This document shows positions 46,993 to 59,566 of a stretch of DNA of 64,000 nt, piece after piece. The DNA is taken from the NCBI GenBank assembly GCA_965237485.1, contig CBDEFQ010000009.1:89778-153777 (forward strand), written 5' to 3'. The position numbers and the translations under genes are program-made. The notes under the pieces were generated by a model. That model saw only the letters and a list, made by a program, of their open reading frames with translations, had not been told where the DNA came from and made no database searches. This DNA is from Candidatus Poriferihabitaceae bacterium. Its GTDB lineage: Bacteria > Pseudomonadota > Gammaproteobacteria > Arenicellales > Poriferihabitantaceae. Every line of letters begins with the position of its first letter. Within the stretch, counting starts at the first letter, position 1.

Positions 46993-47480
46993 TTAGCCGG
47001 ATGAGCTTGCTCAATCTCATCGAGTAAGCCCTCAGCGGCTGAGCTAATTAGCTCATAAACTCGAGGAAACCCACCGGTTACTCCAAAATACGGATCCGCC
47101 ACTTCGCTCTCACTTTGGGATGGAGCGTAATCCAAAAATAGATGCACTTTATGCACATCTGCTGCTCCCGCGAGAACCTGTAAGTCGTACAGGTTTTGCT
47201 TATCCATTGCCATGATATAGTCGTAATACGCCATATCAAACCCATTTACTTGACGGCCTTGCAAATGCGAAATATTGATGCCCCTTTCAGCTGCGGCTTG
47301 TATTGCCCGTGAATCAGGAGGGCTGCCAATATGCCAGTTGCTGGTGCCTGCAGAATCGATTTCTATTTGTTTGGCAAGCCCGCATTCTTCAACGAGGTTA
47401 CGAAATACACCTTCAGCCGTTGGGGAACGGCAAATATTCCCTAAGCATACAAACAACACACTGGTTTTGCTTGAATCCAT
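46989..47480 (-). CDS. Low-molecular-weight protein-tyrosine phosphatase
   Basis: VLFVCLGNICRSPTAEGVF P-loop and DPY motif. Confidence 0.85.
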   Translation of the reverse strand: MDSSKTSVLFVCLGNICRSPTAEGVFRNLVEECGLAKQIEIDSAGTSNWHIGSPPDSRAIQAAAERGINISHLQGRQVNGFDMAYYDYIMAMDKQNLYDLQVLAGAADVHKVHLFLDYAPSQSESEVADPYFGVTGGFPRVYELISSAAEGLLDEIEQAHPAK

Positions 47481-47489
47481 CTGGACAAG

Positions 47490-49634
47490 TTAAACCACTA
47501 CGCGCTTAACGGAAGGCAGGTTTTCATCTTGCTCAAGCACCGCAATAATGGAATCTAAATGAGCCACGTCCCTTACTTCTAGGTCAATATCAATGGCCAC
47601 ATAATTGACATCGTTTTCATCTAAATTCACATGCAATATGTTCGATTTATAGTAGGCCACAGTCTTAGTAATCGAGGCCAACACACCTGGAATATGCCGC
47701 GCTTGAATATGTAGTTTGCTTTTAAAATCGGTGCTATGTTTTTCCGCCCAGTCCAGGTGCAACCACCTGTCTACGCGCTTTCGGTAACGTTTAGTGTTAT
47801 TGCACTCATCTCGATGCACCACCATGCCTTTACCCGCCGCGAATACACCGATGATGTTGTCGCCTGGGAGCGGATGGCAACAAGTTGCATAATTAATCAA
47901 CATTTTTTCTGCACCGCGAATAGACAAGCTAGATTTCTCGCTTTGCGGCAAGGGTTCAACGTCGATGCGGGTTAAGGCGATTAGCTGTTGGGCAACTATC
48001 AACGGCAAGCGGTTACCTACACCAATATCCCCTAGTAAACTGTTCCAATCTTCAAGCTCAAATAACTTCAAGATGTGAATTTTATGCTCACTGGCAATAT
48101 GCTTGCCTTTAAACCCACAGTCACGCAATGCCTTGGTTAAAAGGCGGCGCCCCATGCTAATCGCTTCTTTGTCTTTTTGTTTATGCAGATAGTGACGAAT
48201 GGCAGTTCGTGCTTTGGAAGTCACTACAAAATTCAACCATGTAGGTAATGGATGACCGTTTCGTCCAGTCACTATTTGCACCCGGTCACCCGACTCAAGA
48301 ACAGTATTTAACGGTACATTCTCGTCATTCACTTGCGCACCAACACACTGATTACCCACACCAGAATGCACTGCGTAAGCAAAATCAACGATAGTAGCCC
48401 CAAGCGGCAAATGCTTTATTTCACCTTTAGGGGTAAATACAAATAATTTATCCGGGTACATCTCAGCACGCAGGTGCTCCATAAAGTGTCCTGAATCCCC
48501 AACCGGTTCTTGCATATCTAGAAAGCTGTCTAGCCATTTCTTAACTATTTGCTGCGGCGGTTTAGCGTTTTTATTGGCTGATTTATAAGTCCAATGCGAT
48601 GCTACCCCTGCTTCGGCAACGCGGTCCATCTCCTCAGTTCTAATCTGCACCTCAACGGGTACGCCATGCGGCCCAATTACAACGGTGTGCAGAGACTGAT
48701 AACCGTTGGACTTAACCATGGCAATATAATCCTTGACTGTATGCAGCATGGGTATATATGTTTCATGCACCAGTCCTAAAGCCAAATAGCACTCATATTT
48801 TTCCTTCACGATGACGCGAATCCCATGAATGTCCGATTGGGATTTCATTGAAACTTTACGATCACGTATTTTTTGATAAATACTGTAAACACGTTTTTCA
48901 CGTCCTTTAACTATCGCGCCACTGATACCTTGTTCGACAAACTTCTTTTGTAGAGTGTCGCATATAAGTTTTTCAATTGGTTTACGGCCGCGGGTATCTT
49001 GTTCCAGCTTTTCTGAGATGGCCTTATATCGCGCGGGATGCAGCGCTCGCAAACACAAATCTTCTAAATCCGCCGTAAACTCACACATCCCTAAGCGGTT
49101 GGCAATAGGTGCATAGATCTCCAATGTTTGCTTTGCGATGCGTTCACGCTTTTCCTTCGGCAAATGCTTGAGCGTATGCATATTATGCAGCCTATCGGCC
49201 AGCTTGATCAGCATCACCCTGACGTCTTTGGCCATGGCCATTAACATTTTACGAAATGAATCGGCTTCAGCTTTTAGGCGATCATCGCTAGTAATTTGCG
49301 ATATTTTGCTTACTCCGTCTACCATGTGAGCTACGTCTTCGCCAAAACGTTTAGCGATATCATCGCGTGTAATCCCGGTGTCCTCAATCACATCATGCAG
49401 CAGAGCAGCGATCAATGTGTGACTGTCCATCTGCATGTTCGCCAAAATAAGCGCCACTGCCACTGGGTGAAAAATATAAGGCTCGCCGCTTTTACGGGTT
49501 TGATGCTCATGAGCCTGCGCACCAAAAAGGTAGGCGGCGTAAACCGCCTTAACTGTTTCCTTACCTAAATAAGTTTCAATAACCTCAAGCAAACCGGTGA
49601 TTCTGACACTATCGTCAGGCACTTCTACACTCAT
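47490..49634 (-). CDS. spoT: Bifunctional (p)ppGpp synthetase/hydrolase
   Basis: 714 aa. HD domain (HPVAVALIL..LLHDVIEDT), synthetase domain (YQSLHTVV), TGS and ACT domains. Position downstream of rpoZ. Confidence 0.9.
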   Translation of the reverse strand: MSVEVPDDSVRITGLLEVIETYLGKETVKAVYAAYLFGAQAHEHQTRKSGEPYIFHPVAVALILANMQMDSHTLIAALLHDVIEDTGITRDDIAKRFGEDVAHMVDGVSKISQITSDDRLKAEADSFRKMLMAMAKDVRVMLIKLADRLHNMHTLKHLPKEKRERIAKQTLEIYAPIANRLGMCEFTADLEDLCLRALHPARYKAISEKLEQDTRGRKPIEKLICDTLQKKFVEQGISGAIVKGREKRVYSIYQKIRDRKVSMKSQSDIHGIRVIVKEKYECYLALGLVHETYIPMLHTVKDYIAMVKSNGYQSLHTVVIGPHGVPVEVQIRTEEMDRVAEAGVASHWTYKSANKNAKPPQQIVKKWLDSFLDMQEPVGDSGHFMEHLRAEMYPDKLFVFTPKGEIKHLPLGATIVDFAYAVHSGVGNQCVGAQVNDENVPLNTVLESGDRVQIVTGRNGHPLPTWLNFVVTSKARTAIRHYLHKQKDKEAISMGRRLLTKALRDCGFKGKHIASEHKIHILKLFELEDWNSLLGDIGVGNRLPLIVAQQLIALTRIDVEPLPQSEKSSLSIRGAEKMLINYATCCHPLPGDNIIGVFAAGKGMVVHRDECNNTKRYRKRVDRWLHLDWAEKHSTDFKSKLHIQARHIPGVLASITKTVAYYKSNILHVNLDENDVNYVAIDIDLEVRDVAHLDSIIAVLEQDENLPSVKRVVV

Positions 49635-49705
49635 CAGCTTGCTTTGAGTTGAACCTTTGATCGTTGACTTACCCCGAATATAAAGTAGAGATTGCGTGCA
49701 AGACG

Positions 49706-50095
49706 CTATCCCATCAATTCTGACTCATCGTCGCCTTCTAGCATCACTGCCTCAACCGGTGCGTCTTCCGCAATGGCCGGTTCTTCATCCGCTGCAGCAC
49801 CCGATAAGTCGCCTTCAATCATCGCAATGATCTGTTCATCCGTCATTTCGTCGCTCACTTCCTGAATTTCTTCATCTTCGTTAAAGAAACCAGTGTTATC
49901 TGCATCTAAAATAGTGACATCAACAAATTGCTCAGCAATTTCGCGTAAAGCGATTACCGTTGGCTTGTCATTATCTTCTTCTACCATTGCTTTAGCACCC
50001 ATCGATAATTGACGTGCGCGCTTAGAAGCGATTAAAACCAGTTGAAAACGATTTTCAACATGTTCAAGACAGTCGGTCACGGTTATACGTGCCAT
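49706..50095 (-). CDS. rpoZ: DNA-directed RNA polymerase omega subunit (with a long acidic C-terminal tail)
   Basis: [30 protein letters not shown]. The gmk-rpoZ-spoT order is conserved. Confidence 0.9.
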   Translation of the reverse strand: MARITVTDCLEHVENRFQLVLIASKRARQLSMGAKAMVEEDNDKPTVIALREIAEQFVDVTILDADNTGFFNEDEEIQEVSDEMTDEQIIAMIEGDLSGAAADEEPAIAEDAPVEAVMLEGDDESELMG

Positions 50096-50223
50096 AAGGA
50101 TTTCCTCATTAAATATTCAGTTGCTGGGAGTTTATGCATTGTTGCTGCCAAACACACGCTTTATATAAAGATTGGATCAGAATAGGTCCAACTTGAGACC
50201 TTTATGTCTATTTTCAACATCTA

Positions 50224-50793
50224 TTACGAATTGGTTTCGAAAATAGTTTCCAGCTCTAACAAGCTTTGATCAAAATCATCGTTGACGATAATATGATCAT
50301 ATTCATCACGGTGGCTCATTTCATTTATTGCGTCCTGCATACGCCTATCGATCACCGCCTGGGAGTCCTGTCCGCGAGCTTGCAAGCGCCTCTCCAAGCT
50401 CTCTAACGAGGGCGGCATGATAAATATACTAATCACATCCGATTTACGCTGCCGTACCTGCCGAGCGCCCTGCCAATCAATATCTAAAATGGCGTGTTTG
50501 CCAGCTGCATTAAGACGGTCAGTTTCGCTTTTTGCTGTGCCGTAGAGATAGTCAAATACCTGCGCATATTCAAGAAATTGACCCTCGTCAATCATCAGCT
50601 CAAACTTAGATGTGCTCACGAAGTAATAGTCACGCCTATGGACCTCAGCTGGCCTGATAACGCGGGTAGTATGCGAAACCGATAACGATAGGTCATCTCG
50701 CTTAGCGATCAGCGCTCTAGCAAGGCTGGTTTTTCCGCATCCTGACGGCGCTGAAAATATAAATACGCGCTTAGCGTCATTTTTATCGCTCAA
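50224..50793 (-). CDS. gmk: Guanylate kinase (TTG start in the ORF call)
   Basis: FIFSAPSGCGKTSL P-loop, SVSHTTR, LEIDWQG-like ILDIDWQGA. Confidence 0.9.
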   Translation of the reverse strand: MSDKNDAKRVFIFSAPSGCGKTSLARALIAKRDDLSLSVSHTTRVIRPAEVHRRDYYFVSTSKFELMIDEGQFLEYAQVFDYLYGTAKSETDRLNAAGKHAILDIDWQGARQVRQRKSDVISIFIMPPSLESLERRLQARGQDSQAVIDRRMQDAINEMSHRDEYDHIIVNDDFDQSLLELETIFETNS

Positions 50794-50805
50794 TCTGTCC
50801 CCACC

Positions 50806-51672
50806 TCACTCTACGTTAAGTGACTGCTCTCTGAGTTGATCGATCAACACTTTCAAATCAACTGACGCGGCAGTAATGTCTTTATGAATTGATTTCGACC
50901 CCAACGTATTTGCCTCGCGATTAAACTCTTGCAGTAGAAAATCCAGCCGCCTGCCAACAGGGCCACCCGATTGAAGGATGTTGGCGAACTCCACAACATG
51001 GCTTTCTAGTCGATCTAATTCTTCTGAAACATCAGATTTGCTAATTAAAATGGCAATTTCTTGGTTTAACCTAAGACTATCGAGTTCTTGGTCTTCCAGC
51101 CTCTCAAGGCGTTGGATAAATCGCTCTTGATGAGCAAGCTCATAGTCCGGCACGCTCGCACGCAAAGCCGCCACAATGTTCTGCATATCCTCAATTCGTT
51201 CCTCCAGCATTGCCGCCAATCGCTTCCCTTCTGAGCGTCTGTTACTGATCAAATCATCGAGCGCATGATCCAAGCTATCCAATACCGCTGCTTCTAAGTC
51301 ATCCTCGTCTAGGGATTGAGCATCTATCACCCCAGGCCATTGTAAGATTTCAGCAACAGATAGGGCTGTGGTCGAAAATGTTGTCGACACTTTTTGTGAC
51401 AACTTATACAGCACCTGTAGTTTCTCCTCGTTTACCGTCGCTTCGTTGTCAGGTGTGTTGGCGAGATTTATCACCAACGAAGCTTCAATGTGCCCACGCT
51501 TAATCACTGCACCCAACTTCTCTTTAAGCACCACTTCCAAAAAACGTGTGTTTTCAGGTAAACGAAAATGCGCATCCAAATAACGATGATTCACCGACCG
51601 AATTTCCCAAATCAACGAGAACTTGTCTGCTGCGTACTCAAAGCGCGAAAATGCCGTCATGCTATTAAGCAT
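50806..51672 (-). CDS. yicC: YicC-family stress-induced protein
   Basis: MLNSMTAFSR.., SVNHRYLD, C-terminal LLQEFNREANTLGSKS..REQSLNVE. Confidence 0.85.
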   Translation of the reverse strand: MLNSMTAFSRFEYAADKFSLIWEIRSVNHRYLDAHFRLPENTRFLEVVLKEKLGAVIKRGHIEASLVINLANTPDNEATVNEEKLQVLYKLSQKVSTTFSTTALSVAEILQWPGVIDAQSLDEDDLEAAVLDSLDHALDDLISNRRSEGKRLAAMLEERIEDMQNIVAALRASVPDYELAHQERFIQRLERLEDQELDSLRLNQEIAILISKSDVSEELDRLESHVVEFANILQSGGPVGRRLDFLLQEFNREANTLGSKSIHKDITAASVDLKVLIDQLREQSLNVE

Positions 51673-51956
51673 TTTGAACCCCCCTCATAGATTAATATAT
51701 CCGATTAATTTAAACTGTGTTTTTAGGTATAAAAACTACATAATATGCCGTGCATAGATTATTATGGGATTATAACTTGTCCACGCCACTGGTCGATGCT
51801 TATCAAGCAAGCAAAAGTGAATAAGGATAAGTTAGCTGATGCCTGAAGGACTAGATTTATATTGTCTATTCTTGATAAACGGTATATAATATATGATGGG
51901 AGGTGTTTTCTCTAACAATTTATTGTAACTTGTTGCTAGTTTTTATTTAAATTCTC

Positions 51957-53027
51957 ATGGCTATTACTAACCTGTTTAAACCAACTCCCTTTTCTGGAGA
52001 AGAGAAGTCAAAGGCCGTGGCTGAAAAATATCAAACAACAAAGAAAACCGCTGAAAAACTTGCCGGTCAACGCGAGCCGCTGCCTGAAGGTACGTTAGTT
52101 GAACGCTATAAAATTGGCAAAATGATAGGCATGGGAAGCTTTAGTTTGGTCTACCAAGGTAAAGACACAAAATCGGGAGGGTCTGTAGTCGTTAAAGAAT
52201 ACTACCCGAAATACTATTCCAAACGCGCTGAGAACGGCATCACTATCCTGCCGTTTGAAGGCCGCAAACTCATCACTTTCAATGAAGGGTTTAAACAATT
52301 TTTTAGCGAAGCGCTTGCGCTACATAAAATTAACCACCCCAATGTTTTAAAGGCACAAAATATATTCCGTGCCAATATGACAGCATACATGATTTCTAAC
52401 AAGGAGACTGGGCGAGATTTAAAGTGGTTCTTAACCACCACAGACGAGCCCGTTAACAACAAGCTTATTTATAAAATATTTATGCCAATTCTTAGCTGCT
52501 TAAACTTGCTGCATGAAAGTGGCTGTTTGCATTTAGATATAAAGCCAGCAAACATATTATTGCGCGCCAACAGTGAACCGTTGCTACTAGATTTTGGGGC
52601 ATCACAGGATATGGACAGTGACAAACGCATCAATAATCTACAAACTTTAACGCACGGTTTTGCGCCACCCGAGCAATATGACCGGAAGAGTGATTTAGGT
52701 CCGTGGACAGATATTTACGCGGTGGCAGCGACTTTGTACCACGCAATTACTAATCGTCCTCCAGCCAAGTCAAAGAATTCAACTAAAGAAAGCCAACTGA
52801 ATATTGACAAATATTCGGACCAATACACGCCACAAATGCTCAATGCTATTAATCAAGCCTTGGTCCACGATTATGGCAAGCGTTTTCAAACCGTCGATTC
52901 CTTCGCTAGAGAATTGCTGACTGATTCGAATTGGGATACATTAATGGAGTACGAGCTCCAAGTGATGGGATATGATCGATTTGGAAACCGTGAGACCACG
53001 CCTCCATTTAGCAATACCGCGGCCTAA
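51957..53027 (+). CDS. Hanks-type serine/threonine protein kinase, soluble, with no sensor domain
   Basis: GMGSFSLVY (G-loop), VVVKEY (Lys), HLDIKPANILL (catalytic loop), DFGAS, FAPPEQ. Confidence 0.8.
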   Translation: MAITNLFKPTPFSGEEKSKAVAEKYQTTKKTAEKLAGQREPLPEGTLVERYKIGKMIGMGSFSLVYQGKDTKSGGSVVVKEYYPKYYSKRAENGITILPFEGRKLITFNEGFKQFFSEALALHKINHPNVLKAQNIFRANMTAYMISNKETGRDLKWFLTTTDEPVNNKLIYKIFMPILSCLNLLHESGCLHLDIKPANILLRANSEPLLLDFGASQDMDSDKRINNLQTLTHGFAPPEQYDRKSDLGPWTDIYAVAATLYHAITNRPPAKSKNSTKESQLNIDKYSDQYTPQMLNAINQALVHDYGKRFQTVDSFARELLTDSNWDTLMEYELQVMGYDRFGNRETTPPFSNTAA

Positions 53028-53077
53028 AACCCACCTGACTTAGATTATCTAACGCTGCGAACAGCGGCGTTATCTCA

Positions 53078-55510
<2,433 letters not shown>

Positions 55511-55599
55511 TTATTTTAACATAGTTGTCCAAAAATAAGGCCGATATCGGTACTTATGCCGGCCCAAAACTACATCAATATTGGGCTGTACATGGACCT

Positions 55600-55627
55600 A
55601 AAAAAGCCGGCTAATCAGCCGGCTTAT
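55600..55627. terminator. Bidirectional rho-independent terminator after ahcY
   Basis: AAAAAAGCCGGCT-AATC-AGCCGGCTT, with the A-run on plus equal to a T-run on the minus strand. Confidence 0.7.
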
Positions 55628-55645
55628 AGTTAGAGCAAACGACCC

Positions 55646-57073
55646 CTAATAACGATAATGATCCGCCTTATACGGCCCATCAACCGAAACGCTAATGTAG
55701 TCGGCTTGTTGCTGACTTAATTGAGTCAAATTCACCCCTATTTTCTCAAGGTGTAAGCGCGCGACCTCTTCGTCTAGTTGCTTAGGCAGGATATGCACTG
55801 TCTTATCATATTCACCTTGCTTACCCCACAATTCAATCTGTGCCAGCACTTGGTTAGTAAAGCTATTTGACATCACAAAACTTGGGTGGCCCGTAGCACA
55901 ACCTAAATTCACTAAGCGGCCCTCGGCAAGCAAAATGATTTTGTTGCCGCTAGGCAATTCAATGTGGTCGACCTGCGGTTTGATGTTGTCCCACTTGTAG
56001 GCCTTCAAACTAGCCACATCAATCTCATTATCAAAATGACCGATATTACAGACAATCGCCTGATCGCGCATTTTGAGCATATGCGCATGGGTAATTACGT
56101 TGAAGTTACCGGTGGTGGTCACAAAGATATGGCCTTGATCGCAAACATCATCCATTTTCACTACACGAAAGCCCTCCATTGCGGCTTGTAATGCGCAAAT
56201 AGGGTCGATTTCTGTCACCCATACGGTCGCACCTAAGCCCTTTAAAGACTGCGCAGAGCCTTTACCCACGTCACCGTAGCCTAATACCACCGCAATCTTG
56301 CCTGCGACCATTACGTCGGTTGCGCGCTTGATGCCATCCACTAAAGATTCGCGGCAGCCATACAAGTTATCAAACTTCGACTTAGTGACCGAGTCATTTA
56401 CGTTAATAGCGGGGAATGGCAAGCCACCCTCCTTCGCTACGATTTGATATAAACGGTGAACACCTGTCGTTGTCTCTTCGGTCACACCTATAATATTAGC
56501 CAAACGGACGCTGTACCACTCTGGGTCGGTCGCTAGCTTTGCCTTGATTGATTTAAACAGGGCGACTTCTTCTTCGCTTCCAGGTGCATCCAAAACAGAA
56601 ATATCTGACTGCGCTTTGGTGCCCAACATCAGTAACATAGTGGCATCTCCACCGTCGTCCAAGATCATGTTAGGCATACTGCCATCAGCCCACTGCATTG
56701 CACGATGAGTGTAATCCCAATACTCATCCAACGTTTCGCCCTTATAAGCAAATACAGGCACGCCTTGGTCAGCAATCGCCGCCGCTGCGTGATCTTGTGT
56801 AGAATAAATATTGCACGACACCCACCGAACTTCAGCCCCTAATTTAACTAAGGTTTCAATCAGCACTGCGGTTTGGATTGTCATGTGCAAAGAACCAATA
56901 ATCTTGGCACCAGCGAGGGGCTTGTCATCGCCATATTTAGTTTGCAAAGAAACCAAGCCCGGCATTTCGGTGTAAGCAATAGCAATCTCTTTATGGCCCC
57001 ATGGCGCCAAGCCAATGTCTGCAACCAAATAATCGCCGCCAGTGTCTAATGCTTTTAAATTTGCGTTTGTCAT
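55646..57073 (-). CDS. ahcY: Adenosylhomocysteinase
   Basis: 475 aa. [36 protein letters not shown] site, C-terminal YRY. Confidence 0.95.
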   Translation of the reverse strand: MTNANLKALDTGGDYLVADIGLAPWGHKEIAIAYTEMPGLVSLQTKYGDDKPLAGAKIIGSLHMTIQTAVLIETLVKLGAEVRWVSCNIYSTQDHAAAAIADQGVPVFAYKGETLDEYWDYTHRAMQWADGSMPNMILDDGGDATMLLMLGTKAQSDISVLDAPGSEEEVALFKSIKAKLATDPEWYSVRLANIIGVTEETTTGVHRLYQIVAKEGGLPFPAINVNDSVTKSKFDNLYGCRESLVDGIKRATDVMVAGKIAVVLGYGDVGKGSAQSLKGLGATVWVTEIDPICALQAAMEGFRVVKMDDVCDQGHIFVTTTGNFNVITHAHMLKMRDQAIVCNIGHFDNEIDVASLKAYKWDNIKPQVDHIELPSGNKIILLAEGRLVNLGCATGHPSFVMSNSFTNQVLAQIELWGKQGEYDKTVHILPKQLDEEVARLHLEKIGVNLTQLSQQQADYISVSVDGPYKADHYRY

Positions 57074-57131
57074 TTTATGTAATATATTCGTATGAATTCG
57101 TTAAATATTTGGGTATTGAGTACGCTATGGA

Positions 57132-58301
57132 CTAGCAGCACTTGGCGGCTTCGCGCAGAATATCTGCTTTGTCGGTACGCTCCCACGTAAACTCTGATTC
57201 AGTACGGCCAAAGTGGCCATACGCTGCTGAATGTCGATAAATCGGACGCAATAAATCAAGCATTTGCACGATGCCTTTGGGGCGTAAATCAAAATGCTCG
57301 GCAATCAAGGCTTCGATTTTCTCATCAGAAATCGTGCCAGTACCAAAGGTTTCAACCATCACCGAAACAGGGCGCGCCACACCAATAGCGTACGCCACCT
57401 GCAACTGGCAGCGATCAGCTAAACCTGCGGCAACCACATTTTTGGCCACGTAACGCGTGGCGTATGCGGCTGAGCGATCAACCTTAGACGGGTCTTTACC
57501 CGAAAAGGCACCGCCGCCATGCGGGGCTGCACCACCATAGGTATCAACAATAATTTTACGGCCGGTTAGACCGCAATCACCTACTGGGCCGCCGATTACG
57601 AAGCGACCTGTTGGATTAACTAAATAGTTAGTGTCTTTGGTGATCATATCCGCGGGCAATATCGGTTTAATCACTTCTTCGATAATCGCTTCCTTAAGCT
57701 CTGCGTGGCTCACATTGTCATCGTGTTGCGTTGACAACACCACCGTTTCAATCGCTACGGGCTTTTTGTTTTCATAACGTACCGAAACTTGTGATTTTGC
57801 ATCTGGGCGCAACCAAGTTAAGCCCCCAGTCTTACGCACCTCTGATTGCTTTTTAACCAAGCGGTGAGCGTAATCAATTGGAAATGGCATCAAGGTATCG
57901 GTTTCATTACACGCATAACCAAACATCAAGCCTTGATCGCCCGCGCCTTGATCAAGATCTAAACCTTCCCCTTCATTCACGCCTTGAGCAATATCAACCG
58001 ACTGCTTATCAAGTGAGACAAGCACTGCGCAGCTTTCGGCATCAAAACCAACCTCTGAACTGTTGTAACCTATTTCACTGATGGTCTTGCGCGCTATCGA
58101 AGGATAATCAACTACCGCATTGGTAGTAACCTCGCCTGAAATCACCACCATACCGGTGTTAATCATGGTCTCACACGCAACCCGCGATTGCGGATCTTGC
58201 TCAAACAATGCATCAAGCACTGCATCAGAAACCTGATCAGCAATCTTATCTGGGTGTCCTTCAGACACAGATTCTGACGTAAACAAATAGCTATTTGCCA
58301 T
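57132..58301 (-). CDS. metK: S-adenosylmethionine synthase
   Basis: [48 protein letters not shown]. Confidence 0.95.
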   Translation of the reverse strand: MANSYLFTSESVSEGHPDKIADQVSDAVLDALFEQDPQSRVACETMINTGMVVISGEVTTNAVVDYPSIARKTISEIGYNSSEVGFDAESCAVLVSLDKQSVDIAQGVNEGEGLDLDQGAGDQGLMFGYACNETDTLMPFPIDYAHRLVKKQSEVRKTGGLTWLRPDAKSQVSVRYENKKPVAIETVVLSTQHDDNVSHAELKEAIIEEVIKPILPADMITKDTNYLVNPTGRFVIGGPVGDCGLTGRKIIVDTYGGAAPHGGGAFSGKDPSKVDRSAAYATRYVAKNVVAAGLADRCQLQVAYAIGVARPVSVMVETFGTGTISDEKIEALIAEHFDLRPKGIVQMLDLLRPIYRHSAAYGHFGRTESEFTWERTDKADILREAAKCC

Positions 58302-59182
58302 AATAGTAATTCCTAAAATAATGGGACAAACTTAACGACACCTCCATTAAATTCAATGGGTTTACTAGGTCGTTGAGCGTAATTTAATTGTTCATATAAA
58401 TATTTCTTTATATGTTTTTGATCTTATCATATTTCGGCTTTTTTTTCAGTGTTTGCATCCCAGTTACTCAATTTAGCCATCGCGTAGAAACGAAGCACTC
58501 TGGCAATCTGCTAGGCTGGATTACTATCTGGCATTGCCACTGCTGTGGCGGGCGTTCATTATTTTGGTTGCGCAAAATAACGGAACCAACAAAACGCACC
58601 GCAAATGGTAGCCCTCCGGGGTTCCCCCATATTAAGAAGAAAATAAGCGGTGCTGCGGAACTCGCTGCGCTCAAACATCCTCGCACTATTTCGCTGTGTT
58701 CTTCTCGACCTCGGCCACATATTTTAACGCGGGCTTTCAAAACGACTCGTCAAAAATGACGTGCGTCGCTCTATCTAGAATTCAGCCGTCTTGAGCGAAG
58801 TACGGCGATCTTTTTGAGTTCTGCACAAGCTAAAAGAGATTGCCGCGTCGTTTCACTCCTCGCAAAGACTCAGGCTTTACGGAAGCCACCAAACCGCGAT
58901 TGGTAGCACTGAAGGAAGTGTTGCGTTTAAGGTAGTATTTGCCAGGACGGCAAATGAGGCGATCCCAAATAAATTTGTTTGGAGGACGAACTGTTGAGCC
59001 GCCGCCTTAAAATCAATACGGGAATGAGGGAACTAGCAGGGCGCGGACTTATGAGCAAACAGTTTTGGCATCTTTATTACAAGAAAAAAGTGACGCCGAC
59101 GGGGCCAAACACCATGTTAAAAGATACTAATTTGTCTCAAAGTTGCCCTTTTCGGTCATATCAGAATTGGTCGGTCTAAGTA

Positions 59183-59416
59183 CTAAGCCCATCTAAACAA
59201 ACCAATAACAGCGGATACGGCATAGAAGAACTGTAAGCTAAGGAAAGCCCAACGTCGGTCAATTACCGCCCAAGCCGCGAACAAGCCAGTAGAAATTAGA
59301 AGAAGGAGAAACCCCAGCAATTCGTTTCCCGTATTTGAAGCAATCAGCAAGGCATACACTATTGCTAAAGACGAGCCGGCGACCTCAAATACTGTTGTTA
59401 GTTTGTTTTTTTTCAT
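59183..59416 (-). CDS. Small hydrophobic membrane protein (77 aa, about 3 TM segments)
   Basis: MKKNKLTTVFEVAGSSLAIVYALLIASNTGNELLGFLLLLISTGLFAAWAVIDRRWAFLSLQFFYAVSAVIGLFRWA. Family not recognised. Confidence 0.4.
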   Translation of the reverse strand: MKKNKLTTVFEVAGSSLAIVYALLIASNTGNELLGFLLLLISTGLFAAWAVIDRRWAFLSLQFFYAVSAVIGLFRWA

Positions 59417-59566
59417 TAAATTGATTCAGCCATTTCCATCAATGTAGAGAACGTAAAATCGACGTCGGGCCGATTTGTTACAACTGCAGTTGCCCCCAGT
59501 TTGTTGAACAGCGTGCAAAAATGAACAGTTTCGTGGGTGATCAGCGTACAAAACTGAACACCTTTA

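Noticed and set aside
58500-58700. Possible cobalamin or TPP riboswitch (GGGAACCCCGG.., GCCCGCCACAGCAGTGGC, CTGGATTACTATCTGGCATTGCC)
   Set aside because: The fragments resemble pieces of the B12 and THI-box consensus. However, the order and spacing do not fit: there is no GGTG.AA.TCC followed closely by CCCCGC.ACTGT, no B12 box, and no CTGAGA element. There is also no B12- or thiamine-related gene downstream.
58412-58759. 115-aa (+) and 90-aa (-) ORFs overlapping each other upstream of metK
   Set aside because: The two frames overlap on opposite strands and translate to Cys/Arg/Ser-rich nonsense. They have no RBS and no family resemblance. The region is reported as non-coding instead.
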